This document shows positions 1 through 6,768 of a DNA stretch of 64,000 nucleotides, piece after piece (position 1 is the stretch's first letter; each line of letters starts with the position of its first letter). Under the pieces are notes generated by a model. It ran no database searches, was not told where the DNA came from, and saw only the letters and a program-made list of their open reading frames with translations. The position numbers were made by a program, and so were the translations under genes. This stretch comes from Gemmatimonadales bacterium. Its GTDB lineage: Bacteria; Gemmatimonadota; Gemmatimonadetes; Gemmatimonadales; GWC2-71-9. The stretch lies in assembly GCA_965250155.1 (NCBI GenBank), contig OZ252291.1, forward strand, positions 1,804,024-1,868,023, written 5' to 3'.

Positions 1-2
1 CC

Positions 3-758
3 CACAACATCGCGATCAACGAGGAAACCGGTTTTGCCTACACGATTGGTAACAGCGCCGGCGGCGAGACGTGCGGCGGCGGTTTTCACATGGTCAACAT
101 TCAGGATCCCACGCACCCCACCTTCGCCGGTTGCTTCTCGGATCCCTCCACAGGTCGCGCCAGCACCGGTTACAACCACGATGCCCAGTGCGTCACATAC
201 CATGGCCCTGACACCGAGCATGTCGGCAAGGAAATCTGCTTCGGCTCCGCCGAAACCGCGTTGAGCATCGCCGACGTTACGGATAAGGAAAACCCTGTGG
301 CCCTCGCGGCTGCGTCTTATCCCAACGTTGGTTATGCGCACCAGGGTTGGCTCACCGACGATCACCGCTACTTCTACATGGACGACGAGTTGGACGAGAT
401 CGTCGGCACGGCCTCGCGCACGCGCACGTTGATTTGGGATGTGGAAGATCTCGACGACCCCATACTCGTCAAGGAATTCATGGGCACGACTGAGGCCACC
501 GATCACAACCTCTACATACGCGGCAACTTGATGTACCAGTCGAACTACGTTGCCGGTCTCCGGATACTCGACATCAGCGACCCGGTCAATCCCGTGGAGG
601 TCGCCTACTTCGACACGGTACCCTTGGGCGACAACGGGCCGGGTTTCGCCGGAACGTGGAGCAACTATCCCTACTTCGAGAGCGGGATCATCGTGGTGAC
701 GAGCATGAGGGAAGGGGTCTTTATCCTGAAGAAGAGGGCTACCAGGGTGGTGTTCTGA
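3..758 (+). CDS. choice-of-anchor B / LVIVD-repeat-like secreted protein, 5' end cut by window edge
   Basis: The frame is open from nt 3 (HNIAINEETGFAY precedes the first Met of ORF 90..758). Motifs HDAQCVTYHGPD, HQGWLTDDHRYFYMDDELDE and ILDISDPVNP match my memory of this family. Confidence 0.6.
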   Translation, partial: HNIAINEETGFAYTIGNSAGGETCGGGFHMVNIQDPTHPTFAGCFSDPSTGRASTGYNHDAQCVTYHGPDTEHVGKEICFGSAETALSIADVTDKENPVALAAASYPNVGYAHQGWLTDDHRYFYMDDELDEIVGTASRTRTLIWDVEDLDDPILVKEFMGTTEATDHNLYIRGNLMYQSNYVAGLRILDISDPVNPVEVAYFDTVPLGDNGPGFAGTWSNYPYFESGIIVVTSMREGVFILKKRATRVVF

Positions 759-867
759 GGAGGGAGGACCTCCCCACCAGGCGTCGGGTATGTAGAGTTC
801 ATATATCCATCCACCAGCGGCGGCCTCGCCCTGGGCCTGGCTGGCGCGCCAGACAGGAGTTCCCTCC

Positions 868-2379
868 ATGAAACCTCTCATGTCGGCTGTAACCCGTGGT
901 TTCACCCTCGTCCTCGCGCTCGCGGCGTTGCCCAATGAGGCCGCAGCGCAACTCATCTCACTCAAGACCGTGCCGGTGGCTGCGGGAGATCAGTTTCTGA
1001 TCTACCCTTCACGAAACCTCGGCATGGGTGGCGTGTCCATAGCCCTCGATGACGCGCTGCTGGATCCATTCGTGAACCCGGCCAAGGGCGGGCGAGTGTC
1101 CGAGTCGGAGTTTTTCAGCGCGCCCACCTTCTACAGCATCTCCCAAAACAGCGGGGCCGCACGCACGCTGCCTGTGGGAGCGCTGTTCAGCTCGAGCAGT
1201 TGGTTCGGGGGTGCCGTGGCTGCACTCCAGCAGATCGAGATGGGCGGCCGGTTCTTCGGAGGACCCGTTCCGCTCATCGATCGGCCGATCACGGCTTCCC
1301 CCCTGCCCCCACAGAACACGTTGAGCGAGCAGTCGGCCACCAACAAATACGTCCAGGCTATCGTGGGCCGGAAGTTCGGCGGCGGGCGCTTCGCCATTGC
1401 CGGAAGTGCGATGCTGGCCGACCTCAACGCCATCGACGGGGTCGAGCACTTGTATGCCGACGCGTCGAGCGTCGATCAGTATGGTCATTTGGAGGACTAC
1501 CGTCTCGGATTCACGGCGGAGCTGGCCGGCAGCCGCACGTTCGAGGCGATTCTGTTGCACAACCGGTACAGCATGACGCATGACGTGACGTATGTGGATT
1601 GGTTCGTCACCGACTCGCTCAATTGGTTTCGGGAGCCGCGACTCCGGGAAGAGACCAACCCGGACAAAACGCGTACCTGGGGATTGCACCTGGGGTATGT
1701 GCAACCCATTGGCGAGGACGGCTGGCGCATCGGTGGCATTCTCACCGGCAACCGCAAACAGCATCCCAAGATCCCGAATTACGAGCTGCAGAACATCCCC
1801 CGGGATCCGGGACAAAGTTGGGCGTACAATCTGGGTGTCGGTATCTCGAAGATCTCGGGCCCCACGACGTTCGGGGTCGATCTCGTGTACGAGCCTGCCG
1901 TGAGTCACACATGGGCCGACGCCGCCGAGCCGGTGATCGCCGCCGACAGCATCATCATCCCCGTCGGCGGCAAGACGGTGGAGAATCGTTTCAACTTCTC
2001 CAATGCGTCGGTCAACATCGGTGTGAGCCGGTCGGTGGACAAAGCCGCGTTCCAACTGGGTCTGCAAGTTCGCGCGTACGACTATCGGCTGCGCCAAAAG
2101 GACAACGTCGCGATGACCCGGCGCACGCAGGACGAGCAGTGGATGGAGTGGACGCCGAGTTGGGGAGCGCGGGTCACGTTTGGTGATCTCGAGCTGCGTT
2201 ACATCGGGCGGGTGACCACCGGCAGCGGCCGGCCGGGCATCGCGCGGAATCGGTTTGGGGAGCGTGCCCTCGCACTCTCCAGTGGGGGCGACATCGTGCT
2301 GGCACCCGAAGGGCCGTTGACCCTGCAGGAGGCGAGCGTGTTGACGCACCGGATCGCGATCTCTCTGCCTATCCGCTGA
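868..2379 (+). CDS. outer-membrane beta-barrel-like hypothetical protein with signal peptide
   Basis: 503-aa ORF. N-terminal signal LVLALAALPNEAAAQ, alternating Gly/aromatic-rich composition, C-terminal aromatic-rich strands. No enzyme motif. Confidence 0.55.
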   Translation: MKPLMSAVTRGFTLVLALAALPNEAAAQLISLKTVPVAAGDQFLIYPSRNLGMGGVSIALDDALLDPFVNPAKGGRVSESEFFSAPTFYSISQNSGAARTLPVGALFSSSSWFGGAVAALQQIEMGGRFFGGPVPLIDRPITASPLPPQNTLSEQSATNKYVQAIVGRKFGGGRFAIAGSAMLADLNAIDGVEHLYADASSVDQYGHLEDYRLGFTAELAGSRTFEAILLHNRYSMTHDVTYVDWFVTDSLNWFREPRLREETNPDKTRTWGLHLGYVQPIGEDGWRIGGILTGNRKQHPKIPNYELQNIPRDPGQSWAYNLGVGISKISGPTTFGVDLVYEPAVSHTWADAAEPVIAADSIIIPVGGKTVENRFNFSNASVNIGVSRSVDKAAFQLGLQVRAYDYRLRQKDNVAMTRRTQDEQWMEWTPSWGARVTFGDLELRYIGRVTTGSGRPGIARNRFGERALALSSGGDIVLAPEGPLTLQEASVLTHRIAISLPIR

Positions 2380-2383
2380 TGCT

Positions 2384-2462
2384 CCTCCGTCCTTCCCTCC
2401 TCCCTCCTCCCCGGGGAGGGGGGAGGGGGGAGTGCCCTTCCGCCTTACCGCGCAATCTGCGG
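2384..2462. repeat. C-rich/G-rich hairpin element (copy 1 of a dispersed intergenic repeat family)
   Basis: CCCTCCTCCCTCCTCCCC (2395-2412) is followed by GGGGAGGGGGGAGGGGGG. The 17-mer CCCTCCTCCCTCCTCCC recurs at 5478-5494, and the tail GCCCTTC..TACCGCG resembles 5561-5588. Confidence 0.6.
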
Positions 2463-2531
2463 CTCCCTCTTCCCATAGCAGTCACGTGGGATTATCTCCC
2501 CCTACGGTAAGTCTCACTACGGGGAAACCAC

Positions 2532-2822
2532 ATGCCGATCGAAGAAGACGTCATCGTCGGATCAATAGAGAAAAACAAGCGTGAGGAGATTCGTGTCACG
2601 CTGTCGAATTTTAAGGGTCACGACCTGGTTGGCTGTCGTGTGTGGTTCAAGGCCGGTGACTCCTATAAGCCAAGCAGCAAGGGAATTGCGGTCAACGTAA
2701 GAGTCCTGCCCCGGTTGATCGGGTTGTTGGAGCAGGCGGAGAAGAAGGCGATCGAGTTGGGTGTGTTGAATGTGGATGGCGAGGTGCCGCCGCCGCCGGA
2801 GCCGGAGGGCGAAGAGCAATAG
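2532..2822 (+). CDS. PC4/YdbC-like single-stranded DNA-binding protein (transcriptional coactivator p15 fold)
   Basis: 96 aa. EEIRVTLSNFKGHDLVGCRVWFKAGDSYKPSSKGIAV fits the bacterial PC4 pattern (..f.G...dIR.W....g...pt.KGi). Acidic/Pro-rich tail. Confidence 0.55.
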   Translation: MPIEEDVIVGSIEKNKREEIRVTLSNFKGHDLVGCRVWFKAGDSYKPSSKGIAVNVRVLPRLIGLLEQAEKKAIELGVLNVDGEVPPPPEPEGEEQ

Positions 2823-2899
2823 GTGGGGAGGCACTCCCCGGGCCTGCAAGAGGCTCTCGGGCCATATCGCGTATACGACATAAGAATATAGTGTATACG

Positions 2900-2913
2900 G
2901 ATATTGTCAATAT
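2900..2913. promoter_or_regulatory. operator-like palindrome GATATTGTCAATAT
   Basis: ATATTG-T-CAATAT is a perfect 6+1+6 palindrome. The identical 14-mer occurs at 53233-53246, directly upstream of an XRE regulator gene. Confidence 0.5.
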
Positions 2914-2928
2914 AGCATCTATGCTATA

Positions 2929-2958
2929 CCACTCCCTACTCCTTGAGGCGGGGAGGGG
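2929..2958. repeat. short C/G-rich hairpin element related to 5526-5554
   Basis: CCACTCCCTACTCCTTGAGGCGGGGAGGGG versus CCACTCCCCTAAGGCGGGGCAGGGAGGGG at 5526-5554. Confidence 0.5.
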
Positions 2959-2966
2959 TACAACAT

Positions 2967-2976
2967 TTGACAATAT
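2967..2976. promoter_or_regulatory. inverted half-copy of the 2900-2913 operator
   Basis: TTGACAATAT is the reverse complement of ATATTGTCAA. It lies about 20 nt upstream of the 2997 start codon. Confidence 0.4.
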
Positions 2977-2996
2977 CTCCATAGCGTAAACAATAT

Positions 2997-3509
2997 ATGC
3001 TTAAAAAGATCACCTTGGCATTAATTGTCTTTACAGCCGCAACATACAGTAACGGCTTCCCTTTAGTGAAACCCATTAAGGATGGAGACCCACCAGTAAT
3101 ATCCGATCTCAAGGTAGATCCCCAGGCAGGCCCTGTAGGAACTACCTACACAATAACCCTCCACATTACAGACCCTCAGGGGCCAGATGATATTGTAAAT
3201 ACCCTCTACCAGGTTAGAGAGAGGTCTGAAGTTATTGAGGTGTTAATCAATGATGAGGGAGTGGATGGTGATATATCGAAAGGTGACGGCATCCATACAG
3301 GAAAAAGTATTGTTCCAAGGACTGCAGCAAAGATAACCCATCTTTTTGAAGTCTTTGTTTTAGACAAAGAAGGGCACAAGAGTAACGTCCTTGAATACCA
3401 TTTCACGGTTCTGGAGGGGTTAGAAAATGGAGTTCCCCCTTCTTCGTGGACGGTTTACAGCTTGAGAATCAAGCAGCAGCGTAGTATTGGCCTCAGCTCA
3501 GGGTTCTAA
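2997..3509 (+). CDS. AT-rich hypothetical secreted protein
   Basis: 170-aa ORF, visibly AT-richer than its surroundings. N-terminal signal-like MLKKITLALIVFTAATYS. The last ~26 codons run into the 85-bp repeat, so the true C-terminus is uncertain. Confidence 0.55.
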   Translation: MLKKITLALIVFTAATYSNGFPLVKPIKDGDPPVISDLKVDPQAGPVGTTYTITLHITDPQGPDDIVNTLYQVRERSEVIEVLINDEGVDGDISKGDGIHTGKSIVPRTAAKITHLFEVFVLDKEGHKSNVLEYHFTVLEGLENGVPPSSWTVYSLRIKQQRSIGLSSGF

Positions 3510-3516
3510 CTGCAGG
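3432..3516 (+). repeat. 85-bp direct repeat, copy 1
   Basis: GTTCCCCCTTCTTCGTGGACGGTTTACAGCTTGAGAATCAAGCAGCAGCGTAGTATTGGCCTCAGCTCAGGGTTCTAACTGCAGG. Identical to 4353-4437 except one base (3436 C vs 4357 T). Confidence 0.95.
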
Positions 3517-3711
3517 CGCAGGCGCGAGGACTTGGGTGAGTGGATGAGCCTTGAGCCACTCGGCCACCTGTCCAAAAGGGCCCGTAGAACAGAACGCCCC
3601 GCCAAAGAGTCCAAGCTCCTCGCGCTAGCTCGTAGCCCCGAGCCGATCGATCAGGTGGAGCAGCTGCTCGGGCCCGGGTCCCGCGGAGAGGCGCATATGC
3701 CCGCCCCAGGA

Positions 3712-4350
3712 TCACCCTCCCCTCTCGTCTTTCCACAGCGTCTCCCCCTTGATAAGCCAGGAGACACCGAAGGCCCACAACGCCACGGACTCCAACAAGA
3801 GCACGGGCTTGATCCTGCCGATGCCAGTGTCCTCGAGAAGTGTGTAGTACAGGGCGATCAAAGCAATGCACGCCAGCATGATCATGCCGCATACCACGTA
3901 GATCTTGTTCCGAGTCCTCTTCTCCGGGGTGGGGGTGCCGCCTTGCTTGGTCTTGGTAAAGAGGAACAAGGAAAAGTACGACAACACGAGGAAAAATGCC
4001 GCTGCGGACGCGAAGTGCACGGTCCGTATCAGCTCGTTCTCACTGGTGGTTGGAAACAGAGCCACACCCAGGACGAAGAGGCAGCTCAAGTCGCCGGCGA
4101 CGTCGTCCTTGCGCTCATAGCCCCTGTACGAGAACAAGAACCACCCGATGACGAACAGGACGCCCACGAAAACATCGCGCATCCTGGTGTCGTAATAGTC
4201 GCTGATCGAATCTCGGAGCTCGGTGCACGAGCCCAGAACGAAGCAGCCGACCGCCAACAGCACGGGCAGCAGAACGCCCAGGATCCCCACCATCCGTCTC
4301 AGGGTCAGATAGGATGCGAGCACCCGCGGGAGGTCATTGTTCTCATACAT
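3712..4350 (-). CDS. multi-pass integral membrane protein, unknown function
   Basis: 212 aa with about 6 hydrophobic segments and the motif SISDYYDTRMRDVFVGVLFVIGWFLFSYRGY. The whole gene sits between the two 85-bp repeat copies. Confidence 0.65.
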   Translation of the reverse strand: MYENNDLPRVLASYLTLRRMVGILGVLLPVLLAVGCFVLGSCTELRDSISDYYDTRMRDVFVGVLFVIGWFLFSYRGYERKDDVAGDLSCLFVLGVALFPTTSENELIRTVHFASAAAFFLVLSYFSLFLFTKTKQGGTPTPEKRTRNKIYVVCGMIMLACIALIALYYTLLEDTGIGRIKPVLLLESVALWAFGVSWLIKGETLWKDERGG

Positions 4351-4352
4351 AG

Positions 4353-4437
4353 GTTCTCCCTTCTTCGTGGACGGTTTACAGCTTGAGAATCAAGCAGCAG
4401 CGTAGTATTGGCCTCAGCTCAGGGTTCTAACTGCAGG
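4353..4437 (+). repeat. 85-bp direct repeat, copy 2
   Basis: See 3432-3516. It starts 2 nt beyond the start codon of the minus-strand gene 3712..4350. Confidence 0.95.
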
Positions 4438-4496
4438 AGTCTCAGGGATTCTATGCCACCGGGCGCCTGAGGGTTTCGCAGGTGATCCTCCGGTAG

Positions 4497-5243
4497 TTAA
4501 CGATAATCCGGATTGGAGTAATCGAACCGGCAGCCGGCTTCCCATAGCGACCGTTGGTTTCCGTGTGCCGGGATCCCGCCGGCATCCTTAATCATCCTTG
4601 CTAGGTGCATGAGATTCCACGTCATGAACGTGGTGTTGCGGTTCGTGAAATCGTTCTCCGGCCCGCCCGAGCCCGGATCGAGATACGAGGGTCCCGGCCC
4701 GGCTTCGCCGAGCCATCCGGCGTCGGCCTGGGGCGGGATGACGTAGCCGAGGTGCTGCAGGGAGTACAGGATGTTCATGGCACAGTGCTTGGCCCCGTCC
4801 TCGTTCCCCGTGATGAGGCAGCCGCCCACTCGGCCGTAGTAGGCATACTGACCCTGCTCATTGAGGTCACCTGAGGTCGAGTAGAGTCGCTCGATCACTT
4901 TGGTGCACATGGACGATTTCTCGCCCAGCCAGATGGGCGAACCAATCACCAGGATTTGGGCGCCGTTGACTTTCTCGTAGATCGTTGGCCAATCGTCTTT
5001 CTCCCACCCGTGCTCGGTCATGTCCGGATACACTCCGTATGCGAGGTCGTAGTCGACGGGGCGCAGCAACTGTACGGAGATTCCGCTCGTCTCCATGATT
5101 GCCTTGGAGATCTCGATCAGCCCCTCGGTGTGAGACAGTTCTGGCGATCGCTTCAGCGTGCAGTTGAGGAACACGGCGTTGAGATCAGAGAAATCCCAGC
5201 TACTGCTGGTGCACATCTCGAGTTGTTTGTCACTGAGGATCAT
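4497..5243 (-). CDS. flavodoxin-like NAD(P)H-dependent FMN reductase family protein
   Basis: 248 aa. LVIGSPIWLGEKSS and CLITGNEDGAKH are typical of the NADPH-dependent FMN reductase / flavodoxin_2 fold. Confidence 0.65.
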   Translation of the reverse strand: MILSDKQLEMCTSSSWDFSDLNAVFLNCTLKRSPELSHTEGLIEISKAIMETSGISVQLLRPVDYDLAYGVYPDMTEHGWEKDDWPTIYEKVNGAQILVIGSPIWLGEKSSMCTKVIERLYSTSGDLNEQGQYAYYGRVGGCLITGNEDGAKHCAMNILYSLQHLGYVIPPQADAGWLGEAGPGPSYLDPGSGGPENDFTNRNTTFMTWNLMHLARMIKDAGGIPAHGNQRSLWEAGCRFDYSNPDYR

Positions 5244-5472
5244 GACGGTCTCTCCTGGTGGGGCATGGGTACGAGGACTCCGGAGGGTCGGTTGTGTCGG
5301 GCCAAAAAAACGCCGCCCCCGCGTTCGGAAGAAGTGCGGCCGCGAGTCCGGTAGCGCAAGTAGGCCGCTTTACAGTCGATGGAGAGGAGCAAGAGCTAAG
5401 CCAATGAAGAGCATCGTCACGAGGCGGCTGCGAGCCGCTTGCCGCCCTGCCCAGTCGAGGTCGCCTGCTATA

Positions 5473-5601
5473 CCACCCCCTCCTCCCTCCTCCCTGGGGG
5501 TGGTGGGGTGCGGCGGTACTCCTCCCCACTCCCCTAAGGCGGGGCAGGGAGGGGGGGGCCGGCCCTTCTTCCCGTCGTTGGTACCGCGGGGCAGATTATC
5601 G
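5473..5601. repeat. C-rich/G-rich hairpin element (copy 2, composite)
   Basis: Contains the 17-mer CCCTCCTCCCTCCTCCC (5478-5494), then TGGGGGTGGTGGGG, then the CCACTCCCC..GGCGGGGCAGGGAGGGG hairpin, then a tail GCCCTTCTTCCCGTCGTTGGTACCGCGG resembling 2434-2462. Confidence 0.6.
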
Positions 5602-5658
5602 GACTGACGGGCTCGGTGTTATTTGCTAATCAGGGCCAAGCGTTCAAAAGGGGGTGTG

Positions 5659-6324
5659 ATGAGCGGCAAGAGCATCAAGACGCTGGCTGACCAGTTGTGG
5701 AAGAACCACGGCGTCTCGCTCATCACCACGTTCGACAGCGGGATCGTGCCGGGATCGGTGCTCGAGCGGCGGAGCTGGAACGACATCTCCCGGGTGGGGC
5801 ACCTGAAGGACGGGGTCAAGGCCGCAGATCTTCCTGACGTAGAAGGGCCCGTGCCCTGCATGCTGGCCGATTTCCGGCGCTCCCACGAGATGAACATCGA
5901 CGCCGCCCTGCGCCTGCTACAGCCCACCGACGCTGGCGCCGAGTCCCAGTTCAAGCGGGCCACCGAGGCCGTGGCCACGTTCGACGCTCCCGTCATCTAC
6001 AGCATGAGTCTCCTTGCTATCGAAGACGCCATAGAGTCCCAGCCGGCGCCCTTCTGGGACAGGGCGCTCGGCCAGTGGCTCAAGGACGGCAAGACGCGGG
6101 TCGTGTACCAGGTTATCCGGAGTCGGCTCACGTTCATCTTCCGCGGTGCGGGTGGCAGGGGACTCAACCTCAGGGCGGTGCTGGGGCCCCTCGGCGGCCT
6201 GGGCCTCGGCGGACAGTGGCGCTGGCGCAACGAGGGAACGATAGAGTCGAAGCGGGAGTTGGTGGTGGCGGTGGAGGCGGGGAAATACAACAATGGGAAG
6301 AAGCGGTTCGAGTCGGCTAGGTAG
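5659..6324 (+). CDS. gasdermin-like pore-forming protein candidate (tentative); otherwise hypothetical
   Basis: ATG at 5659 is preceded by AAAGGGGG. 221 aa with no enzymatic motif. Segment order GVSLITTFDSGIVPGSVLE / ADFRRSHEMNIDAAL / FKRATEAVATFDAPVIYSMSLLAIEDAI / VVYQVIRSRLTFIFRG / Gly-rich LGPLGGLGLGGQWRWRNEG / LVVAVEAGKY resembles bacterial gasdermin N-domains as I remember them. Confidence 0.35.
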   Translation: MSGKSIKTLADQLWKNHGVSLITTFDSGIVPGSVLERRSWNDISRVGHLKDGVKAADLPDVEGPVPCMLADFRRSHEMNIDAALRLLQPTDAGAESQFKRATEAVATFDAPVIYSMSLLAIEDAIESQPAPFWDRALGQWLKDGKTRVVYQVIRSRLTFIFRGAGGRGLNLRAVLGPLGGLGLGGQWRWRNEGTIESKRELVVAVEAGKYNNGKKRFESAR

Positions 6325-6368
6325 GGCGTGCGGAGCCGGGGCCGAGCGGTGGCGTTGGCTAACGGATG
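6106..6368 (+). repeat. proximal copy of a long direct repeat (3' end of gene 5659..6324 plus 44 nt); attL-like
   Basis: 6106-6138 and 6209-6368 recur at 22238-22429 in the same orientation. By my count there are about 8 mismatches and 1 indel over 193 aligned nt. Confidence 0.9.
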
Positions 6369-6582
6369 CCGACCCCATCATGAAGCTGCACCTCCGGGAT
6401 CTCACGGTCCTAGCGGAATTGAATGGGGTTCAGGGGGTCGCCGGTTGACGCCCGCTCCTCCCTCCCCCGCCGCTCGCGTCCGCTCTGTGCGCACTCGAAC
6501 CCGCGGTTCTCGGGCGCACGACGTGTCGAATCCGGCCGTCCCGACTGGGGTAAGTCAAACAATCAGAAGTAGTTACGAAATG

Positions 6583-6611
6583 AGCGGTCAGTGAATCGCC
6601 GCTCGTTTTTT
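6583..6611 (+). terminator. rho-independent terminator
   Basis: GAGCGG (6583-6588), an 11-nt loop, CCGCTC (6599-6604), then G + TTTTTT (6606-6611). Confidence 0.65.
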
Positions 6612-6617
6612 GTGCTA

Positions 6618-6635
6618 GTGTGCCAATAGTGTGCC
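6618..6635. promoter_or_regulatory. tandem motif GTGTGCCAATA-GTGTGCC, conserved at 24090-24107
   Basis: Identical 18-mer at two sites, each 100-135 nt upstream of a plus-strand start codon (res at 6769, K+ channel at 24210). Confidence 0.45.
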
Positions 6636-6768
6636 AAATTCCCTTGGCCGTCTCGCGGGTGACCGCGACCACTCCTATCTTAACCAACCATGCACCAGGG
6701 CGCCGGTTCTGGATTACCCTCGCCGACCGCCACAAGATCGAACGCATACTTAGTCGAAAAACAGCTCA

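Noticed and set aside
1009-2349. Very long ORFs antisense to, or overlapping, real genes: 1009..2349(-), 24582..25574(-), 37303..37980(-), 38059..39315(-), 39384..40424(+), 40681..41940(-), 42650..44059(-), 48815..49639(-), 31494..32525(+), 29237..30130(+), 21046..21810(-).
   Set aside because: They have Arg/Pro/Gly/His-rich low-information composition and no recognisable motifs. Each fully overlaps a gene with strong family motifs on the other strand or frame. This is the expected stop-codon paucity of GC-rich DNA.
3432-4437. Reading the 85-bp repeats as integron attC sites bounding a gene cassette.
   Set aside because: There is no intI gene in the window. The repeat lacks the RYYYAAC...GTTRRRY boundary pair in the required arrangement: only a loose TTCTAAC near the plus-strand 3' end, and GTTCTCC/GTTCCCC at the 5' end. 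It also lacks the extended imperfect palindrome of attC. The gene orientation gives a 195-nt gap to its supposed own attC. It is kept only as a generic repeat-flanked insertion.
5917-6405. 162-aa minus-strand ORF spanning the repeat and gene end, as a possible island-encoded gene or antisense partner.
   Set aside because: Composition is typical of GC shadow ORFs, it fully overlaps the better-supported plus-strand gene, and it has no motif.
6328-6594. 88-aa ORF in the spacer after the gasdermin-like gene.
   Set aside because: Arg/Pro/Ser/Gly-dominated sequence, no RBS, no motif. It is more likely non-coding (structured UTR or att region).
6618-6640. Sigma-54 promoter on the minus strand: the reverse complement reads TGGCAC-ACTAT-TGGCA, with GG-N10-GC spacing and one mismatch to TGGCAC-N5-TTGCA. 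The same is seen at 24090-24108.
   Set aside because: The match arises because the motif is a tandem GTGTGCCAA repeat. At 6.6 kb it would fire leftwards into a terminator and the 3' end of a plus-strand gene, with no minus-strand gene to express. At 24.1 kb the nearest minus-strand start is about 400 nt away. No enhancer-binding-protein gene is nearby. This is not excluded, but it is not supported.
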